NCBI GenBank assembly: GCA_016219515.1
Contig: JACRMU010000044.1
Coordinates: 1-50,575, forward strand
Length of the DNA: 50,575 nucleotides
Origin: Deltaproteobacteria bacterium
GTDB lineage: Bacteria > Desulfobacterota > Deferrimicrobia > Deferrimicrobiales > Deferrimicrobiaceae
Reading direction: 5' to 3'
Part shown: piece after piece, positions 27,175 through 35,785 of the stretch
Position numbering within the stretch: position 1 is the stretch's first letter
Layout: every line of letters begins with the position of its first letter
The notes under the pieces: model-generated
The model's input: only the letters and a program-made list of their open reading frames with translations
Told to the model about the DNA's origin: nothing
Databases searched by the model: none
Translations under genes and position numbers: made by a program

Positions 27175-29387
27175 CCCCCAACGTGGGGAAGACCTCCCTT
27201 CTCCTGAAGCTGAAGCACGACCTCCAATCGCTCCCGGAAGGGACCGCGTCGCCCCGGCCTTTCCCGTTCTACTTCTCTTTCAGCAAGATTCTCTCTCATC
27301 CGCTGGCCCTCTCCCAGCATTTCCTGCAGGAGTTCCTCTGGCAGGTGTTGATCTTTTTGGGGGATTCCCCCCCCGCGGCATTCGACGCCGAGGCGATGTG
27401 CGAGCGGCTCGGGTCGTACGGGCTCACGGATTGCCGCGAGTTCCTTCTCGCGCACCGGCGTTTCTCGGAACGCGGAGACGGCCTCTCGGCGCTCGTGAGC
27501 GCCGTATCCTTCCCCTTCACGACCGGGAGGGACGTCTTCTATCCCGTTTTCCTCTTCGACGACTTCCAGTATACGTCCAAACTGCAGGGCATTCCCGACG
27601 GGGCCATCCTTTCCATCCTTCGCCCGTACATCAAGTCGGGGCACTTTCCCATGGTCATCTCGGGATCGTCCCCCGGGCACGTGACCTCCTCCCTCAAGAG
27701 GGAAGGGCTGTTCGGCACATTCCAGCTGGTGGAGATCGGAGGGCTCTCCCCGGCCGCCTCGGAAACGTTGTGGGCCTCCCTGTTCGAGCGCCGTAAGATC
27801 CGGATGCCCGTCCCCATTCAGGCCCGCGCCGCCGCGCGGCTGGGCCACGTGCCGATCTACCTGCGGATGTTCGCGGAGGAGGTTTCCTTCCGGAGCGCGG
27901 AGGTGTCCGACGAGATCGGCTTCGAGAACCTTTACGCCCTTTCGGTCACCGAGGGGCAGCTCAACCGGTACTGGCGGGAATTTTTCGAGAACGCCTTTCC
28001 CGACCGGCTGGACCGCGCGCGGGCCGTCAAGTTCCTCAAGCGCGTCGTCTGCGACCGGTTCCCGCTCGACACCTTCGAGGGGGCGCTGTCCCTTCTGGGG
28101 ACCTCGTCGGAAGACGGCGGGCGGATCTTGTCGGGGTTGGAGTTCAAGGGGCTGGTGAAATCCGATTTCGAACAGATCCGGTTCGTCGACGATCCCGTGC
28201 TGGCCGACTTCCTCTACTGGGCGTTCGAGCGGGGTGTCGCGGGGACGAGCAGCTCCCAGGTCGCCGCGGCGCTGGTGCAGGCGAAGCTGTCCCGGGCGGC
28301 CTCGGAGCCCGCGGAGGCCGAGCGGGGAAAGTGGATCGCCACGACCAAGGAGCTGATGCGCCGGTGGGACTGCCGCGAGGTGCCGCTGCTCCTGTTCCGA
28401 TTCGGCGGCTTCCGGGATCGGTTCGTCGGGAAAGGACTGCTCGAGGTGGTGATCGGGATGGAGAAGGAGCCGCAGAAGCTCCGGCTGCCCAAGATCAGCT
28501 CCGTTTCCACGGGATACAGGACCCGCCGCGGCGGCCCCCGGTTCGATTTCGACATGGTGGCCTACGGCTTCCTCGACGCGGAGTTCTCCGAAGAGAACCT
28601 GGTGATCTGGGCGGTGGACGTGAGCACGGAAAAGACGCTCGCCGCGATGGCGGTGGAGCACTTCGAGAACCGGTGCCGGCTGCTTTGCCTCGAAAAGGGG
28701 CTCCGGGCCCCGCAGCTCCGGAAGTGGATCCTGTTCGAAGGAGGGATCGACCCCGCCGCCCTCGAGCTGGCGGCCCGGTACGACATTTTCCTGACCCACC
28801 GTTCCCAGATGCGCATCTTCCTGAACCTGTTCGGCATGGAGGAGATCGATCTTCAAGCGGAGGACCGCAGGCCGGCGGATCCGCCTCCCGGAGCGGAGCC
28901 GCTCGAGTTCGAGCTGGTCCTGCCGATGAAGGCGGACACGGAAGTGGTGGCGGCCCGGGTCGCGGAGGAAGTGGCGTCCTACGCGTCCCTGGACAAGGAC
29001 GCGGTCGACCGGATCAAGATGGCGCTGTCTTACGCATCCCTGGACAAGGACTCCGTGGACCGAATCAAGATGGCCTTGATAGAGGCATGCATCAACGCGT
29101 TCGAGCACAGCGGGGCGGAGTCGGGGACGGTCCGTCTCCGGTACGTCCTGTCGCCGGAGAAGATCGAGCTGTTCGTCCAGGACGAAGGGAAGGGGTTCCG
29201 CGGAGGACGGACGGAGGAGTCCCGGCGCAACCGCGGCTGGGGGCTGAAGCTGATCCGGGAGCTGGTGGACGACGTCGAGATCATGACCGGCGACAAGGGA
29301 ACCATCGTGCGGATGGTGAAGTACCTCGATTCCGGCATGGAAAAGGAAGGAGCGGGATCGCCGGGTCCCGAAGAGCGACCGCGATGA
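27171..29387 (+). CDS. Multidomain protein: P-loop ATPase, helical region, possible inactive PD-(D/E)XK-like domain, RsbW/SpoIIAB-type HATPase kinase; 5' end missing
   Basis: Walker A APPNVGKT, Walker B VFLFDDFQ, FDFDMVAY...WAVDVS, C-terminal EACINAFEH, VQDEGKGF, RGWGLKLIRELVD, GTIVRM. Confidence 0.8.
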   Translation, partial: APPNVGKTSLLLKLKHDLQSLPEGTASPRPFPFYFSFSKILSHPLALSQHFLQEFLWQVLIFLGDSPPAAFDAEAMCERLGSYGLTDCREFLLAHRRFSERGDGLSALVSAVSFPFTTGRDVFYPVFLFDDFQYTSKLQGIPDGAILSILRPYIKSGHFPMVISGSSPGHVTSSLKREGLFGTFQLVEIGGLSPAASETLWASLFERRKIRMPVPIQARAAARLGHVPIYLRMFAEEVSFRSAEVSDEIGFENLYALSVTEGQLNRYWREFFENAFPDRLDRARAVKFLKRVVCDRFPLDTFEGALSLLGTSSEDGGRILSGLEFKGLVKSDFEQIRFVDDPVLADFLYWAFERGVAGTSSSQVAAALVQAKLSRAASEPAEAERGKWIATTKELMRRWDCREVPLLLFRFGGFRDRFVGKGLLEVVIGMEKEPQKLRLPKISSVSTGYRTRRGGPRFDFDMVAYGFLDAEFSEENLVIWAVDVSTEKTLAAMAVEHFENRCRLLCLEKGLRAPQLRKWILFEGGIDPAALELAARYDIFLTHRSQMRIFLNLFGMEEIDLQAEDRRPADPPPGAEPLEFELVLPMKADTEVVAARVAEEVASYASLDKDAVDRIKMALSYASLDKDSVDRIKMALIEACINAFEHSGAESGTVRLRYVLSPEKIELFVQDEGKGFRGGRTEESRRNRGWGLKLIRELVDDVEIMTGDKGTIVRMVKYLDSGMEKEGAGSPGPEERPR
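28977..29078 (+). repeat. In-frame 51-bp tandem duplication
   Basis: SYASLDKDAVDRIKMAL / SYASLDKDSVDRIKMAL; 8 nucleotide differences, mostly synonymous. Confidence 0.95.
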
Positions 29388-29737
29388 GTTACCTGAACGT
29401 CAGGACGCGCCAGGCGGATGGGGCGCTGGTGGTGTATATCGACGGCTATCTGAACAGCCTCCTGGGGGAGGAAGTGGAACGGGTGGTGCAGGAGACCCTC
29501 GATTCGGGGATGAGGAATTTTCTCCTGAACTTCGAGGGGACGCGCCTGATCAACAGCATCGGGATTTCCATCATCATCGACATCGTGGAGAAAATCATGG
29601 AGCGCAACGGGATGCTGGCGTTCTGCGCCTTGAGCCGCATCAACCGCGAGCTGTTCCAGATGACGGGAGTCGCCCGTTACGTCCGCGTGTTCGAACGGGA
29701 GGAGGAAGCGCTTGGGTATTTCGGCACGTCCGCCTGA
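29384..29737 (+). CDS. STAS-domain anti-anti-sigma factor (RsbV/SpoIIAA-like)
   Basis: ATGA overlap with the kinase fusion; VVYIDGYLN, LLNFEGTRLINSIGI (phosphoacceptor Ser position), ELFQMTGV. Confidence 0.92.
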   Translation: MSYLNVRTRQADGALVVYIDGYLNSLLGEEVERVVQETLDSGMRNFLLNFEGTRLINSIGISIIIDIVEKIMERNGMLAFCALSRINRELFQMTGVARYVRVFEREEEALGYFGTSA

Positions 29738-31007
29738 CAACGGCCTTTTCGGCGAGGAGCGCCTGCCCGCCGGGCGCCGGGAGGCGTTCAAGCTCAAGGC
29801 GCTGCGGGACTTCACGGTCTGCATCTCGCGGGCGCGCGACTTCGACGAGTCCCTCCACCTTGCCCTCATGGTCATCCTGGGGACGTTCTCCATCGCGAAG
29901 GGGGCGCTGTTCCTCGAAGAGCACGGGGAACTCCGTGCGAAGGTCTCCCGCGGTCTTCCCCCGGGGGTGCCGCCGATCGATATGTCGCGGGAGCTTGCCG
30001 CGGCGCTCCGCCGGTCGGGCCGTCCGGTCCTGCTGGGGCGGAAGACGGCTTCCGGGCCGGTCCGCAAGGCAGTCGGCGACATCGAGAGGGCGGTGCCGGC
30101 GTTCCAGGTGGAACATCTCTGTTCCTTAGGGACCCGGAACGGCTCCCTCGGCATCCTGGTTCTCGGCGCCACCATCACCGGGGAGGGGCTTACGCTCCGG
30201 CAGCGCGAGACGCTGAGCGTGATGACCTCCATCCTCTCCAACCACGTCGCCAACCACCGGGTCCTGGCGGACATTTCCCGCCTGAACGAGGTCCTTCGGG
30301 TCCAGGTGTCGGAGAATGAACGGCTCCTCGATGGAATGCAGGAAATTTTCCTGGACACGATCCGGGCGCTGGCGGCGGCGATCGAAGCGAAGGATCCTTA
30401 CACGCGCGGCCACTCCGAGCGCGTGGCGAAGATCTCGGTGACCATCGCGAAAGGGCTCGACCTGTCGGAGGATGAAGTGCAGGCGGTCCACATCGCATCG
30501 ATCCTCCATGACGTGGGGAAGATCGGGACGTCCCGGTTCATCCTGTCGAAGCAGTCTTCCCTGACGCCCGAGGAATTCCAGGAAATCCGGAAACATCCGC
30601 GGACGAGCTTCGACATCCTTTCCGAGATCCGTTTCCCCTATCCGAACGTCGCGGTCTTCGCGAGGGACCACCCCGAGTTTCTCGACGGATCGGGCTATCC
30701 CGACGGGAAACGGGACCGCCAGATATCCACGGGGGCGAGGATCATCGCGTTGGCCGACGCGTTCGACGCCATGGTCTCCGACCGTCCTTACCGGGACAGC
30801 CTGCCGCTCCTGGAAGCGCTCCGGGAGCTTAAGTCCCGCATCTACAGACATTACGATCCGGCGGTGGGACGGATGTTTTTCCGGGAGCTGCGCCGGGAGA
30901 TCGCGGGGGAAAACGGAACCCCCCCCGTCTTCACCTCGCTGGCGAAACGCTACTCGCGCGAGGACGCGCTGGAATTCATCGATGGGGCGCTAAAGGACCT
31001 GAACTGA
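29712..31007 (+). CDS. HD-GYP domain protein with an N-terminal GAF-like domain (start uncertain)
   Basis: EAKDPYTRGHSERV, LHDVGKIG, IRKHP, DGSGYPDG, ADAFDAMVSDRPYR. Confidence 0.9.
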   Translation: MGISARPPDNGLFGEERLPAGRREAFKLKALRDFTVCISRARDFDESLHLALMVILGTFSIAKGALFLEEHGELRAKVSRGLPPGVPPIDMSRELAAALRRSGRPVLLGRKTASGPVRKAVGDIERAVPAFQVEHLCSLGTRNGSLGILVLGATITGEGLTLRQRETLSVMTSILSNHVANHRVLADISRLNEVLRVQVSENERLLDGMQEIFLDTIRALAAAIEAKDPYTRGHSERVAKISVTIAKGLDLSEDEVQAVHIASILHDVGKIGTSRFILSKQSSLTPEEFQEIRKHPRTSFDILSEIRFPYPNVAVFARDHPEFLDGSGYPDGKRDRQISTGARIIALADAFDAMVSDRPYRDSLPLLEALRELKSRIYRHYDPAVGRMFFRELRREIAGENGTPPVFTSLAKRYSREDALEFIDGALKDLN

Positions 31008-31011
31008 CGGT

Positions 31012-31800
31012 TCAGGAAATTTCCGCGAGGAGCGCCCGGAGCGCGGCCAGCCCTCGATGGAAATGCTCCCTTCGGTGAGGTTCCAGCGTCAGGATGGGTG
31101 AAGCGCCCGTCTCCAGCGCCGCGTGCAGGACCCCCCGGAAATTGATCGAGCCCTCGCCCACGGGAAGGTGGTCGTCCCGCTGCCCCCGGTTGTCGTGGAT
31201 GTGCATTTCGCGGAGATCCGGACCGAACGCTTCCAGCCACTTGTGGACGGGAAGGCAGGAAAAGAGGGCCGCATGGCCGGCGTCGCAGCAGAACCCGAGA
31301 CGTTTCGACCCGAGCGCGTTCCGGAGCCGGAGAAGATGGTCGGGGACTTCGTCGAAGACGTTTTCCAGGAACAGGTCGACCCCGGTTTTCTCCGCCGCAT
31401 CCACGACGGCCCCGAAGGTCCGGAGGGCGGGCTCGAACCACTTTTCGGCGTCGAAATCGTAGAGCCATCCGTAGTACCCGCCGTGGACCACGATCCCCAA
31501 GGGCCGGAAGACGGGAGCCAGCGCGATCGTTTGCAGGAGCCGGCGAACCGCCATCCTGCGCGCCTCCTCGTCGCGCGCACCGGGCCAGACCTCTTCGAAG
31601 GGCGCGTGAAACGTTGCGCTGCGCACTCCCGCCTCCCGCAACGTTCCCGCGGTCTTTTCCGCGGCTTCCTCCGTGAGGGCGTCGAGCGCATTTCCTGAAA
31701 AGTAGATCTCGGGCCCCACGCCGTTCCCGGCAAGAAGGCGGGCCGCATCCGTGGACTCCAGCATGGGGTAGGGAACCGTGGCGTGGATCGTCCAGACCAT
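31012..31800 (-). CDS. Sugar phosphate isomerase/epimerase (AP endonuclease 2 TIM-barrel) family protein
   Basis: TFHAPF, VVHGG, LENVF, CDAGH, MHIHDNRGQRDDHLPVGEGSINF, TLEPH. Confidence 0.9.
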   Translation of the reverse strand: MVWTIHATVPYPMLESTDAARLLAGNGVGPEIYFSGNALDALTEEAAEKTAGTLREAGVRSATFHAPFEEVWPGARDEEARRMAVRRLLQTIALAPVFRPLGIVVHGGYYGWLYDFDAEKWFEPALRTFGAVVDAAEKTGVDLFLENVFDEVPDHLLRLRNALGSKRLGFCCDAGHAALFSCLPVHKWLEAFGPDLREMHIHDNRGQRDDHLPVGEGSINFRGVLHAALETGASPILTLEPHRREHFHRGLAALRALLAEIS

Positions 31801-31965
31801 CCTTTGCGAGGCCTCCTTCCCGGCGTTCCTCGAACACCGGATCGACCGAAGATACCGCATCGTTCGCGGCGGAGCAACCCCGTCGTTCGGAAGGATTTCC
31901 CCGCGCCTCCGCGGCGAACGCGCGGGGAAAGGCATTCTCCTTGGAAACGCCATTTTGAAAATGCC

Positions 31966-31994
31966 TTGACATGTTATTGTATACTGCATACATT
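31966..31994 (+). promoter_or_regulatory. Sigma70 promoter with an overlapping GntR/FadR-like operator
   Basis: TTGACA-N17-TACATT; imperfect palindrome TGTATACTGCATACA at 31978-31992. Confidence 0.7.
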
Positions 31995-32010
31995 ATCCGG
32001 CAATCCGTGA

Positions 32011-32697
32011 ATGGAGGAGAGAATCGCCTTGCTGCAGAAACTGAAGATCCAGATCGATAACCACATGACCCTCCGGGAAAAAATCGTCGAGACGGTAAGG
32101 AGTGCGATCATCAATGGCCAGATCCCTGCGGGCACCCGCGTCGCGGAGCCCGATCTGGCCGACCGCTTCGGCATCAGCCGGACGCCGATCCGCGAGGCGT
32201 TCCGCCAGCTCGAGTCCGAGGGGTTCATCACCGTCGTCCCCCGGAAAGGAGCCGTCGTCGCCTCCATTTCGGCCAAGGACATCTCCGATTTCTACGACCT
32301 GAAGATGGTGCTCGAGGGGTACGCGGCCCGCTGCGCTACCCGGACCCTCACCGAGAAGGATCTGGCCAGGATGGAATCGCTGAACCGCCAGATCGAGGCG
32401 GCCGCCGCCAAAAAGGACCTGCGCAAGGTGCTCTTCCTCCACAACGATTTCCACGATGTCTTTCTGACGGCTTGCGGGAACGAGAAGCTTCATTCCATCG
32501 TCCAGAACATGGTGATGCAGTTCCAGCGGTTCCGGCTGATCCTGGCGATGCGGGGCAAGATCGAAGGGGTCATCCGGCAGCACCGGGACATCATCGAGGC
32601 CTTCCGGAAGCGGAATCCCGAGCTTGCGGAGTCTCTCGTGATAAAGAACGCCCAATACGGGAAGAAGATCCTTCTCCAGGAACTGGAAAAGGAGTGA
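32011..32697 (+). CDS. GntR family regulator (FadR/FCD type)
   Basis: LADRFGISRTPIREAFRQLESEG, PRKGAVV, HNDFH, HRDIIEA. Confidence 0.95.
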   Translation: MEERIALLQKLKIQIDNHMTLREKIVETVRSAIINGQIPAGTRVAEPDLADRFGISRTPIREAFRQLESEGFITVVPRKGAVVASISAKDISDFYDLKMVLEGYAARCATRTLTEKDLARMESLNRQIEAAAAKKDLRKVLFLHNDFHDVFLTACGNEKLHSIVQNMVMQFQRFRLILAMRGKIEGVIRQHRDIIEAFRKRNPELAESLVIKNAQYGKKILLQELEKE

Positions 32698-32714
32698 GTC
32701 GGGGCACGCCGCCG

Positions 32715-34121
32715 ATGCCCGAGCCGGACCGATTGCGCAGTCTCCCTTCCGTCGCTTCCCTGCTGGAAGCCCAAGAGATACGCCGGATCCTTCGGAAGAC
32801 GCCGCGCGCCGTCGTGGTGGATGCCGTCCGCAGGGTCCTTTCCGCCTTCCGGCGGGAAGCGGCGGCCGGCGCGCCGTCCCGTAGCCGGGAGGAGTGGACG
32901 GCGCTGCTCGTGTCCCGCCTGCCCGCCGAAGTTGCCGCCGCCGAGGAGCCGTCGCTGCGGAGAGTGATCAACGCGACGGGGGTCGTCATCCACACCAACC
33001 TGGGGAGGGCCCCGCTGCCGGAGGAGGGGATCCGCGCCGTTTCCCTCGCCGCCCGCGGGTATTCCAACCTGGAGTTCGATCTCGCATCCGGCGGCCGCTC
33101 CTCCCGGCTGGTCCACGTGGAGCGCTTGATCCTCGGCCTCACCGGGGCGGAGTCGGCGCACGTCGTCAACAACAACGCGGCCGCGGTGCTTCTCTGTCTG
33201 GCGGGGCTGGCCAGGGGGAGGGAGGTTCTCGTCAGCCGGGGGGAACTGGTGGAGATCGGCGGATCGTTCCGCATCCCCGACATCATGGCCGAGAGCGGCG
33301 CGTCGCTCGTCGAGGTGGGGACGACCAACCGCACCCGCCTCCGGGATTACGAAAACGCGGCGACCGCGCGGACGGCGCTCCTCCTGAAGGTCCACCGGTC
33401 CAACTTCAGCGTTTCGGGCTTCACCGAAGAGGTTTCCACCGCCGAGCTTTCCTCCCTCGGGGCCCGCCTGGGAATCCCGGTGATGGAAGACCTGGGCTCG
33501 GGGGCCATCTTCGATTTTTCCGCCGCGGGCATTCCGGGGACGCCCACCGTCCGGCAGGCGCTTTCGCACGGCCCCGGGATCGTGACCGTGAGCGGGGACA
33601 AGCTTCTGGGCGGCCCGCAGGCCGGGATCATCGCCGGCCGCAAGGAGCTGGTGGACCCGCTGAAAAAGCACCCCCTCTCGCGCGCCTTGCGGATCGACAA
33701 GCTGTGCCTGGCCGCGCTGGCCGCGACGCTCGCCCTGTACGCCGACGAACGGAGAGCGGCGGCTTCCGTCCCGGTGCTGGCGATGATGACGGAAGGGGAA
33801 GGTGCCGTCCGCGCGCGCGCGCGGAAACTCGTCCGGCGGGTCCGGAAGGCCGGCGGGGCCGGGCTGCTCCTGTCCATCGAGCGGGCGGATTCCTCTCCCG
33901 GCGGAGGGGCGATGCCCGAGGTCCGGATTCCCACGGCCTGCGTCGCCGTGTCCCATCCGGGGATGCGCGTCGAGGACCTGGAGGAAACGCTCCGGCGAGG
34001 GGACCCTCCGGTCGTGGCGCGCATCGCGAAGGGGAAGCTGCTCCTCGACATGCGCACGGTCCGCGACGGGGAGGTCGCCGACCTCGCCGCGGCCCTCCTG
34101 GCCGCCCTGTCCGCGGGGTGA
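32715..34121 (+). CDS. selA: L-seryl-tRNA(Sec) selenium transferase
   Basis: VINATGVVIHTNLGRAPL, VNNNAAAV, ELVEIGGSFRIPD, EVGTTNRT, EDLGSG, SGDKLLGGPQAG. Alternative start GTG 32694. Confidence 0.97.
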   Translation: MPEPDRLRSLPSVASLLEAQEIRRILRKTPRAVVVDAVRRVLSAFRREAAAGAPSRSREEWTALLVSRLPAEVAAAEEPSLRRVINATGVVIHTNLGRAPLPEEGIRAVSLAARGYSNLEFDLASGGRSSRLVHVERLILGLTGAESAHVVNNNAAAVLLCLAGLARGREVLVSRGELVEIGGSFRIPDIMAESGASLVEVGTTNRTRLRDYENAATARTALLLKVHRSNFSVSGFTEEVSTAELSSLGARLGIPVMEDLGSGAIFDFSAAGIPGTPTVRQALSHGPGIVTVSGDKLLGGPQAGIIAGRKELVDPLKKHPLSRALRIDKLCLAALAATLALYADERRAAASVPVLAMMTEGEGAVRARARKLVRRVRKAGGAGLLLSIERADSSPGGGAMPEVRIPTACVAVSHPGMRVEDLEETLRRGDPPVVARIAKGKLLLDMRTVRDGEVADLAAALLAALSAG

Positions 34122-34130
34122 GAAGCGGCC

Positions 34131-34238
34131 GGACTCTCTATTTCAGAGATACGGTGATGCGGACGCAGGGCGCAGCGGGGGGAAGCCCCCCGCGAGCCCC
34201 AAGTCCGTATCACCGCATTTCCGGTTGAAGGGAGGTCC
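34131..34238. repeat. Palindromic element (family B, short form)
   Basis: ATACGGTGATGCGGAC...GCGGGGGG-AAG-CCCCCCGC...GTCCGTATCACCGCAT; homologous to the reverse complement of 9270-9458. Confidence 0.8.
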
Positions 34239-34259
34239 CTCCCCAGTGTATAAAAGGAC

Positions 34260-34856
34260 ATGCTGAACTCCGGCGTGCTCGTCCTCAACCGGGCGTTTTT
34301 CCCCGTCCACGTAACGAACGTTCGGCGGGCGTTCTGTCTTCTCTATTCCGGGCTTGCCCGCGCAATCAATTCCCAGTACGAAATGTACGACTTCCAGTCG
34401 TGGAGCGAGCTTTCCGTCCACACCCACGACGAGGCCGTGGGCCTCGTGGGGCGGGTGATCCGGGTTCCGAGGGTCGTCGTGCTGGTCGCCTACGACCGCG
34501 TCCCGAAGCGCACCGTCCGCTTCAGCCGGCACAACATCTTCGTCCGGGACCGCAGCACCTGCCAGTACTGCGGGAAGACCCACCCCCGGAGCGAGCTGAA
34601 CCTGGACCATGTCATTCCGAGGTCCCGGGGCGGGATGACGACATGGGAAAACATCGTCTGCAGCTGCGTGCCCTGCAACAAGCGGAAGGGGGGGATGCTT
34701 CCCGAGGAAGCGGGCCTGCGGACGATCGCCCGTCCGGCCCGGCCCCGCTGGACGCCGGAATACGCGTTTTCCCTCCGGGGGCCGGTCCATCGGGAGTGGT
34801 TGCCGTTCCTCAACCTCGTGGACTTCACCTACTGGAACTTAGAACTCGAAAGGTGA
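34260..34856 (+). CDS. HNH endonuclease (McrA-like, zinc-binding)
   Basis: VLVLN N-terminus; RD..TCQYCG, LDHVIPRSRGG, WENIVCSCVPCNKRKG. Confidence 0.93.
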   Translation: MLNSGVLVLNRAFFPVHVTNVRRAFCLLYSGLARAINSQYEMYDFQSWSELSVHTHDEAVGLVGRVIRVPRVVVLVAYDRVPKRTVRFSRHNIFVRDRSTCQYCGKTHPRSELNLDHVIPRSRGGMTTWENIVCSCVPCNKRKGGMLPEEAGLRTIARPARPRWTPEYAFSLRGPVHREWLPFLNLVDFTYWNLELER

Positions 34857-35731
34857 TCCGTCCCGAACAGGCCGGAAGGCGGGTGGGGCCGGAGTCCCTC
34901 CTGTTCATCGTCGGTCATCCCCTGTCCCATTCCTTGAGCCCCGCGATGCACAACGCCGTCATCGCCCGGCTCGGCCTCCCCTTGCGGTACGTCGGTATCG
35001 ACATTCCCCGGGTGGTTCTCCCAGATTTCTTCCGGGTCGTCCGGGAAGGAAACTTCCTGGGCGGCAACGTTACGATTCCTCACAAGGAGGAGGCGGCCTC
35101 GCTGGCGGACGAGAAGTCGGAAGCGGTGGAGGTCTGCGGGGCGGCGAACGTCATATGCATCCGGAAAGGGAAGCTTCGCGCCGAGAACACCGACGGGCAC
35201 GGTTTCCTGGACGCGGCGGCGGATGCGGGGTGGGGGAGGCGCTTCCGGCGGGTGGTCCTTCTCGGGGCGGGCGGCTCGGCCCGGGGGATCGCCTTCGAGC
35301 TGTGCCGCGCCGGGGCGAAGGAAATGACGATTCTCAACCGGCACCCCTCGCGCGGCGAGGAAATCGCCTCGATCCTTTCCCCCCGGTTCCCGGGAACGGC
35401 GATGTCGGCCGGAGAGCTGAATCCTGCCAGGATGATTGAGGAATTCCGCGGCGCGGACCTGGTCGTCCAGTGCACCTCCCTGGGGTTGTTCGGGGACTGG
35501 GAACATTTTCCCCTGGAGGGGGTAGAGAAAACCACACGGTTTGCCGATATAATTTATCGACGGGGCGGTACCGCATTGGTGCGCCTCTTGAAAAAGCGGG
35601 GGATTTCCGCGATCGACGGCCTGGCGATGCTGGCCCACCAGGCGGCGCGGAGTTTTTTCCTTTGGACCGGGAAAAGGGTCCCCGGGGAGGAATTTCTGTC
35701 CGTCGCGCGAAAAACAATTGCGGTTGGATGA
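34853..35731 (+). CDS. aroE: Shikimate dehydrogenase
   Basis: GHPLSHSLSPAMHN, NVTIPHK, GAAN, NTDGHGF, LGAGGSAR, DGLAMLAHQA. Confidence 0.94.
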   Translation: MIRPEQAGRRVGPESLLFIVGHPLSHSLSPAMHNAVIARLGLPLRYVGIDIPRVVLPDFFRVVREGNFLGGNVTIPHKEEAASLADEKSEAVEVCGAANVICIRKGKLRAENTDGHGFLDAAADAGWGRRFRRVVLLGAGGSARGIAFELCRAGAKEMTILNRHPSRGEEIASILSPRFPGTAMSAGELNPARMIEEFRGADLVVQCTSLGLFGDWEHFPLEGVEKTTRFADIIYRRGGTALVRLLKKRGISAIDGLAMLAHQAARSFFLWTGKRVPGEEFLSVARKTIAVG

Positions 35732-35785
35732 GTCAAATTATGCTTAAATATAGTGTAATTTATATTTCTATATGGTGACTTTTCT

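Noticed and set aside
34131-34856. HNH plus upstream hairpin as an IscB/HEARO/OMEGA RNA-guided system
   Set aside because: The 198-aa protein has no PLMP or split RuvC motifs, and the hairpin is a simple repeat-family stem found elsewhere in the window.
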